The notes beneath the pieces were generated by a model that saw only the letters and a list, made by a program, of their open reading frames with translations, was not told the origin of the DNA and ran no database searches. Source: Shigella phage TB004. From it: a stretch of 64,000 bases of DNA. The position numbers and the translations under genes are program-made. Of the stretch, positions 1-9,622 are shown piece by piece (within the stretch, counting starts at the first letter, position 1; the number at the start of each line of letters is the position of its first letter). The DNA lies in the sequence record MW822011; one strand, written 5' to 3'.

Positions 1-317
1 CACCTACGTTTTTGTATTTTTGTATAGATGCTTGATAAGCAGCTTCTTGCGAAGTAATCCATCCATAATACGGATCATAATTATCGTTACACATCAATAA
101 AACCCAATACAACTGCGGATTTCCATATATAGCATTTGCTAATTCTTCCGGTCGTGGTGAACCTTTAATATAATAAGTACGTAAGCGGTATCCCGCAAGA
201 GCACGTTTGAAATAGTCTTTATAGTTTCTAAAAATATCTGTCATAGGAATAGTCGGCGCGTTTTTATTCACCGTTTTGGCCGCATATTCAATCGGATCAA
301 AAAATGTAAAGAGCATG
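1..317 (-). CDS. 53: baseplate wedge protein gp53, N-terminal portion (gene continues past window start)
   Basis: minus-strand ATG at 315-317 with GGAGG upstream; frame open to window edge; divergent from gene 4 as in T-even phages. Confidence 0.7.
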
Positions 318-330
318 GGCCCTCCTGTTT

Positions 331-338
331 ATAAATAT
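331..338 (+). promoter_or_regulatory. T4-type late promoter TATAAATA for gene 4
   Basis: exact TATAAATA about 25 nt upstream of ATG 364. Confidence 0.6.
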
Positions 339-345
339 ATTATCT

Positions 346-353
346 ATTTATAA
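346..353 (-). promoter_or_regulatory. T4-type late promoter TATAAATA (minus strand) for gene 53
   Basis: reverse complement of 346-353 is TATAAATA, about 29 nt upstream of minus-strand ATG. Confidence 0.55.
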
Positions 354-363
354 GGAGAATCCA

Positions 364-816
364 ATGGCATATTCTGGAAAATGGGTTCCTAAAAATATAT
401 CAAAATATAGAGGTGACCCTAAAAAAATTATGTATAGATCAAATTGGGAAAAATTCTTTTTTGAATGGTTAGATAAAAATCCAGAAATTATTGCATGGGG
501 TAGTGAAACAGCAGTAATTCCTTATTTTTGTAATGCAGAAGGGAAAAAACGTAGATACTTCATGGATATTTGGATGAAAGATTCTTCTGGGCAAGAATTT
601 TTTATTGAAATAAAACCTAAAAAAGAAACACAACCACCAGTTAAACCGGCACATCTAACAACCGCAGCGAAGAAAAGATTTATGAATGAAATTTATACAT
701 ATTCCGTTAATACTGATAAATGGAAAGCAGCGCAAGCTTTAGCTGAAAAGCGTGGAATAAAATTTAGAATTCTAACAGAAGATGGATTAAGAGCTCTTGG
801 CTTTAAGGGGGCATAA
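364..816 (+). CDS. 4: head completion protein gp4
   Basis: 150-aa ORF; size and position match T-even gene 4; late promoter upstream. Confidence 0.7.
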   Translation: MAYSGKWVPKNISKYRGDPKKIMYRSNWEKFFFEWLDKNPEIIAWGSETAVIPYFCNAEGKKRRYFMDIWMKDSSGQEFFIEIKPKKETQPPVKPAHLTTAAKKRFMNEIYTYSVNTDKWKAAQALAEKRGIKFRILTEDGLRALGFKGA

Positions 817-1640
817 TGGCTATTTTTCAAATAATTAATGAAAGCACTCCCCAAGTTCCAAAGGTTAAGCAATCATTAAACGAAAAGAAATGGATTCAGA
901 TAGGTCTTGAATACAAAAAGGCCAAAGCAAAAGGAATGACAGGAAAGCAATTTGCTGAAGAAAGAGGAATCAAATATTCTACGTTTACTTCGGCAATGTC
1001 AAAATATGCTTCAGGAATTAAAACTGCTGAAAAGATTCAAAAGCTTGAATCAAAACCAATGAATAAACTCAATAAGCAAGAAAGACAACTGCTTATGATA
1101 AATTCATTCAGGCAAACGTTGCGTGATAAAATTCGTAATGAAGGTGCAGCAATTAATAATAAAACCAGAAAGTGGTTTGCTGAAACTATTAAGCAGGTAA
1201 AAGGACATAAAGTTGTTCGCCCGCAGCCGGGACGAATATATGCTTTTGCTTATGATGCTAAACACAAAGAAACTCTTCCTTATTGGGATAAATTTCCTTT
1301 GATAATTTACCTCGGTTTAGGTAAACATAATTTAATGTATGGATTGAACTTGCACTATATTCCACCTAAAGCTCGTCAACAGTTTCTAGAAGAGCTTTTA
1401 AAGCAATATTCAAATACACCTACTATTACTAATAAAACAAAATTAAAAATTGATTGGAGTCAAGTGAAAGGATTTAGGGGTGCAGACCAAATGATTAAGG
1501 CATATATACCCGGTAATATTATGGGTAGCCTTGTTGAAATCGCCCCGAAAGACTGGGCGAACGTTGTGTTAATGCCACTTCAGCAGTTCGTTTCAAAAGG
1601 AAAACGTTTCTCTGCAAACAAAGTCTGGTCAAATATCTAA
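816..1640 (+). CDS. 2: DNA end protector protein gp2
   Basis: 274-aa ORF, start overlaps gp4 stop; size and order match T4 gene 2. Confidence 0.7.
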   Translation: MAIFQIINESTPQVPKVKQSLNEKKWIQIGLEYKKAKAKGMTGKQFAEERGIKYSTFTSAMSKYASGIKTAEKIQKLESKPMNKLNKQERQLLMINSFRQTLRDKIRNEGAAINNKTRKWFAETIKQVKGHKVVRPQPGRIYAFAYDAKHKETLPYWDKFPLIIYLGLGKHNLMYGLNLHYIPPKARQQFLEELLKQYSNTPTITNKTKLKIDWSQVKGFRGADQMIKAYIPGNIMGSLVEIAPKDWANVVLMPLQQFVSKGKRFSANKVWSNI

Positions 1641-1746
1641 TTCTATTATCTTCCATTCTTTTCTATTGTTTGTTCTAATTGGAATTGAATGGAAGGGACT
1701 TAGACCCATTATACCACCAACATTTATAAAGCATTATGAGGAATAT

Positions 1747-2277
1747 ATGTCGCAAGCACTGCAACAAATTTTTAACCAAGCAAATACAACTAACTTTGTA
1801 GTATCAATACCGCATAGTAATACTACATCTGCTTTTACTTTAAATGCTCAGTCAGTTCCTATTCCAGGAATTAGAATACCTGTTACTGATACCGTGACTG
1901 GGCCGTTTGGACTAGGCCGAGCACAGCGTCCAGGAGTTACATTTGAGTACGATCCACTCATCGTGAGATTTATAGTTGATGAAGAGCTTAAGTCGTGGAT
2001 AGGAATGTATGAATGGATGCTAGGAACTAGTAACTATCTTACAGGCGAAAATACTGCCCAAAAAACAGGTCCTGAATACATTACTCTTTACATTTTAGAT
2101 AATAGTAAAACTGAAATCGTGATGTCAATAAACTTTTATAAGCCTTGGGTTTCTGACCTGTCTGAAGTAGAATTTAGCTACACGGAAGATTCAGACCCAG
2201 CCTTAGTATGCACAGCAACGATTCCTTATACGTATTTTCAAGTAGAAAAAGATGGTAAAATTATAGCAGAAGTTTAA
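1747..2277 (+). CDS. 3: tail completion / sheath stabilizer protein gp3
   Basis: 176-aa product from ATG 1747 (GAGGA 5 nt upstream); ORF is open from 1666. Confidence 0.65.
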   Translation: MSQALQQIFNQANTTNFVVSIPHSNTTSAFTLNAQSVPIPGIRIPVTDTVTGPFGLGRAQRPGVTFEYDPLIVRFIVDEELKSWIGMYEWMLGTSNYLTGENTAQKTGPEYITLYILDNSKTEIVMSINFYKPWVSDLSEVEFSYTEDSDPALVCTATIPYTYFQVEKDGKIIAEV

Positions 2278-2326
2278 TGCTTAAGTTTCATGTGTTATAA
2301 TCTTAACTAAATTTGAGGAGAAACAT

Positions 2327-3039
2327 ATGAAACTAATCTTTTTAAGTGGTGTAAAGCGTAGTGGAAAAGATACTACTGCAGATTTTATCATGAATAATTA
2401 TTCTGCAGTTAAATATCAACTTGCTGGTCCTATTAAAGATGCATTGGCTTATGCATGGGGTGTATTTGCAGCAAACACTGACTATCCTTGTTTAACTCGT
2501 AAAGAGTTTGAAGGAATTGACTATGATCGTGAAACTAATTTAAATCTGACTAAATTAGAAGTAATTACGATTATGGAACAAGCATTTTGCTATCTTAATA
2601 GTAAAAGCCCAATTAAAGGTGTGTTTGTTTTTGATGACGCAGTTAATTTCGTAGCATTTAACAAGATTGCTGACGTTATAAATAATATTGAAGATCAATG
2701 GTCAGTCCGTCGTCTGATGCAAGCCCTAGGTACGGATTTGATTGTTAATAACTTCGACCGCATGTATTGGGTAAAATTATTTGCTTTAGATTATCTTGAT
2801 AAATTTAACTCAGGTTATGATTATTATATCGTTCCTGATACTCGTCAAGATCATGAAATGGATGCGGCTAGGGCGATGGGTGCTACAGTAATTCATGTAG
2901 TTCGTCCTGGTCAAAAATCCAATGATACTCATATTACAGAAGCTGGATTGCCAATTCGTGATGGCGATTTAGTAATTACAAACGATGGTTCTCTTGAAGA
3001 ACTTTTTTCTAAAATTAAAAATACACTAAAGGTACTATA

Positions 3040-3040
<1 letters not shown>
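2327..3040 (+). CDS. 1: deoxynucleoside monophosphate kinase gp1
   Basis: 237 aa, P-loop GVKRSGKDT; N-terminus matches recalled T4 gp1. Confidence 0.85.
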
Positions 3041-3737
<697 letters not shown>

Positions 3738-3740
3738 TTT

Positions 3741-3781
3741 CACAAAGTTATTTACACGGGGTTTTAGTTGTGATACTATTA
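3741..3781 (+). promoter_or_regulatory. early promoter upstream of ipI
   Basis: TTTACA -35-like element and GATACTAT -10 region shared with other early promoters in window. Confidence 0.45.
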
Positions 3782-3815
3782 CCCTATCAAAACAAATGAG
3801 TGATTGGAGAATAAA

Positions 3816-4088
3816 ATGAAAACATTTAAAGAATTTATCAATGAAGCTACTTTTAACGAAAAAGTAAAAATTAGTAAAGCTGTCAAGACTTTGATTGCTG
3901 ACATCAATTACCTATATGATATTGATTTAACTGACTATGTAACAGTTGGTAACAAACGTAACTTTTTCGTGTTTGACATCTCTGAACTTGACCAGAATCA
4001 AATTAACAACATTGAGCGTTTTGCTAATGATAAGGGTCTTCGTCATGAGTCAGCGGGTTATAAAAAATACGCAATTTATTTAAAATGA
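3816..4088 (+). CDS. ipI: internal protein I (capsid-targeted, IPI-like)
   Basis: N-terminal capsid targeting sequence MKTFKEFINE; locus after 57B. Confidence 0.7.
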   Translation: MKTFKEFINEATFNEKVKISKAVKTLIADINYLYDIDLTDYVTVGNKRNFFVFDISELDQNQINNIERFANDKGLRHESAGYKKYAIYLK

Positions 4089-4119
4089 GTTTACTTTTAA
4101 ATAGGGTTGTGGTACTATT
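4089..4119 (+). promoter_or_regulatory. early promoter
   Basis: GTTTAC -35 and GGTACTAT -10. Confidence 0.45.
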
Positions 4120-4148
4120 ATCTCATCAAAATTAATTAGGAAAATAAA

Positions 4149-4457
4149 ATGAAAACATTTAAAGAATTTATCAATGAAGCGGCTGCGCCAAAGACATTCG
4201 TTATTAATACTCAGGCGAGTCTTGATGATGAATACGCGGAGGCAATTCTGAAGTCACTTGCTAAGAACGGTGTTGAAGTAATTGCTTCGGACTTTAAGAA
4301 AGGGGCTTCCGAGATGTTTATTTCTATAACTAAAGGATCTAAAGCTAAGATTAAATCATCATTCGGAGTTGCTCGTACCGATCAAATCGACAATCATGAC
4401 TTTAAACAAACTGGTGCTAAACGGCAGAATACAATTGCATCACGCGGAATAAAATAG
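4149..4457 (+). CDS. second capsid-targeted internal-protein-like ORF
   Basis: 102 aa starting MKTFKEFINEA (CTS); own promoter. Confidence 0.6.
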   Translation: MKTFKEFINEAAAPKTFVINTQASLDDEYAEAILKSLAKNGVEVIASDFKKGASEMFISITKGSKAKIKSSFGVARTDQIDNHDFKQTGAKRQNTIASRGIK

Positions 4458-4469
4458 TTTATAAAAACA

Positions 4470-4499
4470 GTTTACTTTTAGATAGGGTAGTGATACTAT
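4470..4499 (+). promoter_or_regulatory. early promoter
   Basis: GTTTAC -35, GATACTAT -10. Confidence 0.45.
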
Positions 4500-4527
4500 T
4501 ACCCTATCAACTACAGAGGAGAATAAA

Positions 4528-4713
4528 ATGAAACGTTGTGAATTAATTCGAAATGTTGCTATTGCAATTTCTGCTTCCGCTTTTAGTTTTTCAATGTTTG
4601 TTGGATTTATATGCGGATTATTAACTACAGCAGAAAATGTGTTTTCACTTGTAGTAGCATTTTTAATTGGTTTAATTGCTATCGTTATGGATAAAATTTC
4701 TAAAGGTGAATAG
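4528..4713 (+). CDS. small hydrophobic membrane protein
   Basis: 61-aa ORF with GGAG RBS, mostly hydrophobic. Confidence 0.45.
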   Translation: MKRCELIRNVAIAISASAFSFSMFVGFICGLLTTAENVFSLVVAFLIGLIAIVMDKISKGE

Positions 4714-4714
4714 A

Positions 4715-5095
4715 ATGTATAAAGTGTATGCGGATTATCAGGCTAATCCATCTGAAAAGCCAGGTTGTCAAATTGGATGGGCTCATGATACTTTGCTTGA
4801 AGCAGTAGATGCTGCTCAAAAATTGGGATATAAATATGTAGAGATTGTTCAACCGTCAGGAAAAGTTATTACTCTTGAAGAGTTCAATAACATTAAACCA
4901 AACTTTTTACTTTTTGCAGGTGATAATTATTATCCTCGTGGTGGATATGCTGATTTAATCGCGAAAGCCGCCACTGAAGATGAACTCCGTGATATTATCA
5001 AAGAAAATGAAAACAAACTGATGTATGGTTCTAATCGCTTTGATTGGTGGCAAATTGTAAATGCCCATACTCATACTATTGTTGATGAAGGCTGA
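4715..5095 (+). CDS. hypothetical protein
   Basis: 126-aa ORF from ATG 4715 with GGTGA RBS. Confidence 0.5.
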   Translation: MYKVYADYQANPSEKPGCQIGWAHDTLLEAVDAAQKLGYKYVEIVQPSGKVITLEEFNNIKPNFLLFAGDNYYPRGGYADLIAKAATEDELRDIIKENENKLMYGSNRFDWWQIVNAHTHTIVDEG

Positions 5096-5097
5096 TA

Positions 5098-5385
5098 ATG
5101 ATTCTTTATGCGAAAGTATCGTCCGTTGAAAATGGATATAAATATGATCAAGATGCGGCTAAAGCCTTGATTGATGATTATGGCATTTTAACATGTTTTG
5201 AAGTTGAAAAGGTTTACATTGACCGTTCATCTTCTCAAGTTAAATTAGTAAAGGAAGACCGTAAATTTAATACAGTAAATTTTGATTTCTTTATTGAAAC
5301 AGAAAAAGGTCCTCTTGAATATGATATTTTCAAGAATCCTTTGGGTCTTGAATGCATCGTAAATATGTATTATCATAAATGGTAA
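5098..5385 (+). CDS. hypothetical protein
   Basis: 95-aa ORF immediately after previous gene. Confidence 0.45.
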   Translation: MILYAKVSSVENGYKYDQDAAKALIDDYGILTCFEVEKVYIDRSSSQVKLVKEDRKFNTVNFDFFIETEKGPLEYDIFKNPLGLECIVNMYYHKW

Positions 5386-5482
5386 ATATGCTTTAAGAAA
5401 TATTTGTTATTATTAACTCATATCGCACTGATTAATACCCTCTATCATCAAGGGTTCTTGCTTGAGAGCCTTTGTTAATAAT

Positions 5483-5555
5483 TGGGAATTAGCCAAGTTG
5501 GTAAGGCACTGGATTTTGATTCCAGGATGCAAAGGTTCGAGTCCTTTATTCCCAG
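5483..5555 (+). tRNA. tRNA-Gln (anticodon UUG)
   Basis: cloverleaf; acceptor tgggaat/attccca; anticodon loop ttTTGat; GGTTCGAGTCC T-arm. Confidence 0.8.
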
Positions 5556-5556
5556 C

Positions 5557-5643
5557 GCGAGAATGGTCAAATTGGTAAAGGCACAGCACTTAAAATGCTG
5601 CGGAATGATTTCCTTGTGGGTTCGAGTCCCACTTCTCGCACCA
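5557..5643 (+). tRNA. tRNA-Leu (anticodon UAA)
   Basis: type II tRNA with long variable arm; loop cTTAAaa; ends CCA. Confidence 0.8.
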
Positions 5644-5648
5644 AATTT

Positions 5649-5722
<74 letters not shown>

Positions 5723-5732
5723 ATTTAATTTA

Positions 5733-5806
5733 CTCCGTGTAGCTCAGTTTGGTAGAGCGTCTGCTTTGGGAGCAGAATGTCGCAGGTTCAAATCCTGCCG
5801 CGGAGA
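5733..5806 (+). tRNA. tRNA-Pro (anticodon UGG)
   Basis: acceptor ctccgtg/cgcggag; loop ttTGGga. Confidence 0.8.
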
Positions 5807-5808
5807 CT

Positions 5809-5898
5809 GGAGGCGTGGCAGAGTGGTTTAATGCACCGGTCTTGAAAACCGGCAGTCGCTCCGGCGACTCATAGGTTCAAATCCTATCGCCTCCGCCA
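5809..5898 (+). tRNA. tRNA-Ser (anticodon UGA)
   Basis: type II tRNA; acceptor ggaggcg/cgcctcc; loop ctTGAaa; CCA encoded. Confidence 0.8.
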
Positions 5899-5903
5899 GT
5901 TTT

Positions 5904-5976
5904 GCTGATTTAGCTCAGTAGGTAGAGCAACTCACTTGTAATGAGAAGGTCGGCGGTTCGATTCCGTCAATCAGCA
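5904..5976 (+). tRNA. tRNA-Thr (anticodon UGU)
   Basis: acceptor gctgatt/aatcagc; loop ctTGTaa; CCA encoded. Confidence 0.8.
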
Positions 5977-5977
5977 C

Positions 5978-6055
5978 CAAGGCCCTGTAGCTGGAAGGTT
6001 CAAGCAAGCGACTCATAATCGCCAGATGGTGGTTCAATTCCACCCAGGGCCACCA
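5978..6055 (+). tRNA. tRNA with CAU anticodon (Ile, lysidine type, or Met)
   Basis: acceptor ggccctg/cagggcc; loop ctCATaa; CCA encoded. Confidence 0.7.
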
Positions 6056-6068
6056 AATTAAGAATTAA

Positions 6069-6155
6069 GGGGAGTTATCCCGTAGAGGTAGCGGTGTGGA
6101 CTGTAAATCCATTGTCATTGCGACTCGGGTGGTTCGACTCCATCACTCCCCACCA
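6069..6155 (+). tRNA. tRNA-Tyr (anticodon GUA)
   Basis: type II cloverleaf; acceptor ggggagt/actcccc; loop ctGTAaa; variable arm resembles E. coli tRNA-Tyr; CCA encoded. Confidence 0.65.
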
Positions 6156-6159
6156 ATTT

Positions 6160-6234
6160 GGATGTGTAGCTCAGTGGTAGAGCAGTTGACTGTTAATCAA
6201 TTGGTCCATGGTTCGAATCCATGCATGTCCGCCA
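6160..6234 (+). tRNA. tRNA-Asn (anticodon GUU)
   Basis: acceptor ggatgtg/catgtcc with two G-U pairs; loop ctGTTaa; T-arm GGTTCGAATCC; CCA encoded. Confidence 0.6.
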
Positions 6235-6359
6235 AATTTGTGACAACTGTCACATTAATATCTACTTGACGCGATTATAGGGTTGAACTGATCACTCTTC
6301 TCTTAATTTCGTGTGAAGACATCTTGATTGTTGGAGTAGGTATTAATGTGAACTAATTA

Positions 6360-6436
6360 CGGGGTGTAACTCAATTGTATAGAGTAGCGGTCCTCTAAAC
6401 CGCAGGTTAAAGGTTAGAATCCTTTCACCCTGGCCA
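6360..6436 (+). tRNA. tRNA-Arg (anticodon UCU)
   Basis: acceptor cggggtg/caccctg; loop ccTCTaa; CCA encoded. Confidence 0.75.
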
Positions 6437-6457
6437 AATTATTGAGAGAATAATATT

Positions 6458-7012
6458 ATGAGAAGTGATGTAGACTGGGACCAAATTAATTTGGCTATAA
6501 AAGCTGGATTAATATACCGTGGTAATTTTGAAATAACACAAGAACTAATTGAAAATGTTGCTTTTCTTAAAATAACAGACAAGAAAAAATTCTTTTCTAT
6601 GACTAAAGCCAAACGCTTGTCAATATGGAAAGTATTTTGTAGGACTGCCGCCCTAAATCTTTTGAAATTTAAAGATGAATTTGATATAGAAAAAAGCTAT
6701 CGGCAAGCTTTCGTATACATAATGGTAGATACTACAAATCCTAATTATTATAAAATAGGAAGAAGTATAGAACCCGATGTTAGAGTTATAACAGCAAATA
6801 CATTTTCACCGTTTAAAAGTTTTAAAATAGTATCATTTAGATATTCCCAGGATGCAGTAGAACTTGAAAAATATATGCACAGCATTTATAATCAGGACCA
6901 TATAAATGGCGAATGGTTTTTCTTTCATGACATAAGTTCCATAGTTAAAAAATTAGATACTAAATCTACACAATTTGAAATACCAAATGAGAAGCCGGGT
7001 CGCTACCGGTAA
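6458..7012 (+). CDS. T5orf172 (GIY-YIG-like) domain protein
   Basis: 184 aa; C-terminal motif FVYIMVD...YYKIGRS...ELEKYMH...GEWF typical of T5orf172 domain. Confidence 0.55.
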   Translation: MRSDVDWDQINLAIKAGLIYRGNFEITQELIENVAFLKITDKKKFFSMTKAKRLSIWKVFCRTAALNLLKFKDEFDIEKSYRQAFVYIMVDTTNPNYYKIGRSIEPDVRVITANTFSPFKSFKIVSFRYSQDAVELEKYMHSIYNQDHINGEWFFFHDISSIVKKLDTKSTQFEIPNEKPGRYR

Positions 7013-7292
7013 GTCGTCGGACTGATGTTCCCTGCGTAAGGACTGGTCTTAATAAATCTTTACGATTTGTTAATATCCCCTTACATCACAGCAGAAACGG
7101 CGCACCGAATTATCGATTCGAGGAAATATCTTTGCCGTAAGCCGAGTAGCGTTTTTGACGGAACGTTCGGATATGGTCGAGATATGGCCTTTTAAAAATA
7201 TTGAGTAGCGTCAACTACTTAATAACCGGGTTCGAATCCCGGCGTTTCGTACAAACACTTGCCTTAGCAGGTGGAACCCCGACAAGGTATAT
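7013..7292 (+). ncRNA. non-coding, GC-richer structured segment (possible small stable RNA region)
   Basis: no ORF; tRNA-like T-arm CCGGGTTCGAATCCCGG; repeated GAGTAGCGT; ends at terminator. Confidence 0.3.
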
Positions 7293-7322
7293 AGCCCCTT
7301 CCGAAAGGTTGGGGCTTTTTTG
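7293..7322 (+). terminator. rho-independent terminator
   Basis: hairpin AGCCCC-TTCCGAAAGGTT-GGGGCT followed by T6. Confidence 0.65.
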
Positions 7323-7330
7323 TATAAATA
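7323..7330 (+). promoter_or_regulatory. late promoter TATAAATA
   Basis: exact TATAAATA 35 nt upstream of ATG 7366. Confidence 0.5.
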
Positions 7331-7365
7331 TAGTAAACAATAAACCTACTTTCTAAGGACCATCA

Positions 7366-7746
7366 ATGTATACTTTTAATGAATTTTTAGCCGAAACGGA
7401 AGTAATCACCGAAGCCGGCGTACGTATGACAAAAGAGAAATGGCAAGCTGCTTACGATGCTATTTCTGGTACAAAAACTAGTACAGAGTTTTTCAAAAAC
7501 GTTCAAGCCATGTACGGTATCGACACTTCTAGCCAAAAAGAATATTACAGAGCTTCTAAAGCATTCAAAGATATTGTTAGTGGTGGTGTTTCTGCTAAAT
7601 CGGGTTCGCCTAAAGTAAAACCTGCTCCTACCATTCCTAAACCTGCGACCCCTAAAGCAAAACCTGAGCCTAAGCCGGAAGTAAAAGCACCTCCTAAAGC
7701 TCCTGCTCTTAAGTTTGATACTTCTAGCCTGGAAAAAAAAATATAA
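7366..7746 (+). CDS. hypothetical protein, N-terminal frame ending in Pro/Lys/Ala-rich linker
   Basis: 126-aa ORF; stop lies just after an A9 run at 7733-7741. Confidence 0.5.
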   Translation: MYTFNEFLAETEVITEAGVRMTKEKWQAAYDAISGTKTSTEFFKNVQAMYGIDTSSQKEYYRASKAFKDIVSGGVSAKSGSPKVKPAPTIPKPATPKAKPEPKPEVKAPPKAPALKFDTSSLEKKI

Positions 7747-7987
7747 ACAACTATCTTCGCTTGTTCGTGATATTGAATCCGATACATCTTCACTCGTTCG
7801 TGAATTCAATAGTCTTCGCAATGGCCAACATATCAACAACCTTGATACCCCAGACCTTTATCGTCTTTATTTGACTATCGAAGGTTTGAAGTATACTCAA
7901 CCACTTCACGATGCGATTAAAGAAAAACTTCGTCAGGCAGGTCGTTTGGCTGCTGACGCTGCTCAGTATGCAAAAACCCGTAAATAA
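7742..7987 (+). other. downstream frame without any ATG; probable continuation of 7366 ORF via frameshift in A9 run
   Basis: 82 codons open in +1 frame, no ATG in the whole frame, begins inside the A-run. Confidence 0.45.
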
Positions 7988-8004
7988 TTAAGTTACAATC
8001 ACTT

Positions 8005-8030
8005 AAGCCCCTTCCTATGGTTGGGGCTTT
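8005..8030 (+). terminator. terminator-like hairpin
   Basis: AAGCCCC-TTCCTATGGTT-GGGGCTT hairpin, weak T tract. Confidence 0.4.
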
Positions 8031-8063
8031 CGGGCATCTAGGGCAGATAAATTTTTCACAAAG

Positions 8064-8092
8064 TTGTTTACTTCTCCTTGAGGTATGATACT
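8064..8092 (+). promoter_or_regulatory. early promoter
   Basis: GTTTAC, 17-nt spacer, TACTAT; upstream A/T-rich TTTCACAAAG element. Confidence 0.5.
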
Positions 8093-8124
8093 ATAGACCT
8101 ATCAAAACAAATGAGGAAAACATT

Positions 8125-8628
8125 ATGAGTCTTTATACTGAACTGAATAAAAAATCTGAAGAATCGCGTGACGTTGTTTTTAAAAATGTACAAAAGCGTA
8201 TTTTGGAAAAGATGTATGATGCTGCATCTAAAGGTGAAAAATCATGCCGCTTTCCGATGAGATGTTCTACAGATTTATGCTCAAATACTATTGAATGGTT
8301 AGAAAGCGAAGGTCTTACTGTAGAGAAAAACCCGGCGACTTCTATTGACGGTGAATCATATATTAGTATTTCTTGGGATAAACCACAGGTTAATGAGAAA
8401 GACGGTGATTGGGTTGTGGATGTTAAGACTTCTGATGGTGGACGTTCTGTTGAAGTTTCAGCCGTAGTTAAAGGTACACATGGGCAAAATAGCTGGGGAT
8501 GTGGTGGTGAAGAAAAAGAAATTGTTCTTAGTGTGATTGCAAGGTCCACTAGCAATAAAATTGCCCAGAGCATCATCTATGCTGCGTGCATTGAAGCTGG
8601 AAAAATTTGCAAAATTAAAAATAAATGA
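8125..8628 (+). CDS. hypothetical protein
   Basis: 167-aa ORF with GAGGA RBS. Confidence 0.55.
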   Translation: MSLYTELNKKSEESRDVVFKNVQKRILEKMYDAASKGEKSCRFPMRCSTDLCSNTIEWLESEGLTVEKNPATSIDGESYISISWDKPQVNEKDGDWVVDVKTSDGGRSVEVSAVVKGTHGQNSWGCGGEEKEIVLSVIARSTSNKIAQSIIYAACIEAGKICKIKNK

Positions 8629-8689
8629 TGTACAAACACCAAGGACGGTGTTACTATAGACCTATCAAATCAAATGAGAGGAAAATAAA

Positions 8690-8917
8690 ATGGCTAAAGT
8701 TAGTATTGATGTCGTTGATTATGAATACACAGAAGAAGTTATTCGCAACCGCCACCCTGAAGTTCGTATCGATTCAGTCCAAGATTCCAAGTTCTGGACA
8801 ACTGAGCTTAATCTGAGTGGTTCTTATGAAGCCGTTAAGAAGTTCATGGTTGAAGAATACTGCGAAGGCATGCACCCGGAAGACGCCGAGTTTTATGTCA
8901 ATTTGATTAAAAAATAA
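8690..8917 (+). CDS. hypothetical protein
   Basis: 75-aa ORF with RBS GAGAGGAAAA. Confidence 0.5.
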   Translation: MAKVSIDVVDYEYTEEVIRNRHPEVRIDSVQDSKFWTTELNLSGSYEAVKKFMVEEYCEGMHPEDAEFYVNLIKK

Positions 8918-8987
8918 TTTACAAACTCTTGAGAGCAGAGTATAATGCTCTCATTGGATAATAAACCACCAATTGAAAGGTAATAAT

Positions 8988-9581
8988 ATGAACACACTGA
9001 AGAAACTTGTTGAATTCATCCGCACTAAACTGGGTACTGCTATGGCTAAAAATCTGACTGTCGAAGAACAGTATAACGCAGCTGCAGATAAGTTGATTAC
9101 CCAGATCAAAGAACTAAAAATGGCTTCTGTTAAATCTATTAATGAAGAAAAACGTATTCGCGAACTTGTTATTGAAAAGAATAAGCAAGCCGCTTCTAAG
9201 GAACGTGAAATTCGTAAGCTCCTGGCTGAAGGACAAGATGTTACCATGCATGCCAAGCTTGGTCTTCTGTATCGTCGAACTGCCGAACAACTTAATACAA
9301 AAGCTGACGGGTATGCCGCTATGCGAATTGAAATTGCTCGTAAGGTTGTTGAACTTGACGATGCTCGTCAGAATCTGGCAATCAAACTCGAATACATTCG
9401 TGAAACTCGAGCAGCTAATGCCCTTGGTATCTCTACGGCTGATGATGTAATTGAAATCGCTGCACTGACTAAGGTTGATATCGAAGACACTCTGACTCGT
9501 GTTGAAACGTTCAATGGTAATATTTCTGGGGTTGAAACTACCTCTGCCGATGTTCAGGAATATATTAATTCTCTGAAATAA
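8988..9581 (+). CDS. coiled-coil protein, PspA/IM30-like architecture (tentative)
   Basis: 197 aa from ATG 8988; long heptad-rich helices. Confidence 0.45.
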   Translation: MNTLKKLVEFIRTKLGTAMAKNLTVEEQYNAAADKLITQIKELKMASVKSINEEKRIRELVIEKNKQAASKEREIRKLLAEGQDVTMHAKLGLLYRRTAEQLNTKADGYAAMRIEIARKVVELDDARQNLAIKLEYIRETRAANALGISTADDVIEIAALTKVDIEDTLTRVETFNGNISGVETTSADVQEYINSLK

Positions 9582-9622
9582 TGATAAGGGGCTTCGGCCC
9601 TTATTACTTGGAGTAAATAGGA

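Noticed and set aside
6458-7012. Calling this ORF segB
   Set aside because: Its conserved block is a C-terminal T5orf172-type motif, not the N-terminal GIY-YIG of Seg proteins, and it lies after tRNA-Arg rather than within the cluster.
7180-7260. Additional tRNA gene suggested by GGTTCGAATCC T-arm
   Set aside because: No complementary acceptor stem or anticodon arm could be built around it; kept only as part of a possible structured ncRNA.
7387-7839. 150-aa and 82-aa minus-strand ORFs over the A9 region
   Set aside because: Arg/Phe-rich low-complexity translations antisense to the Pro/Lys-rich coding frame; no start context; compositional artefact.
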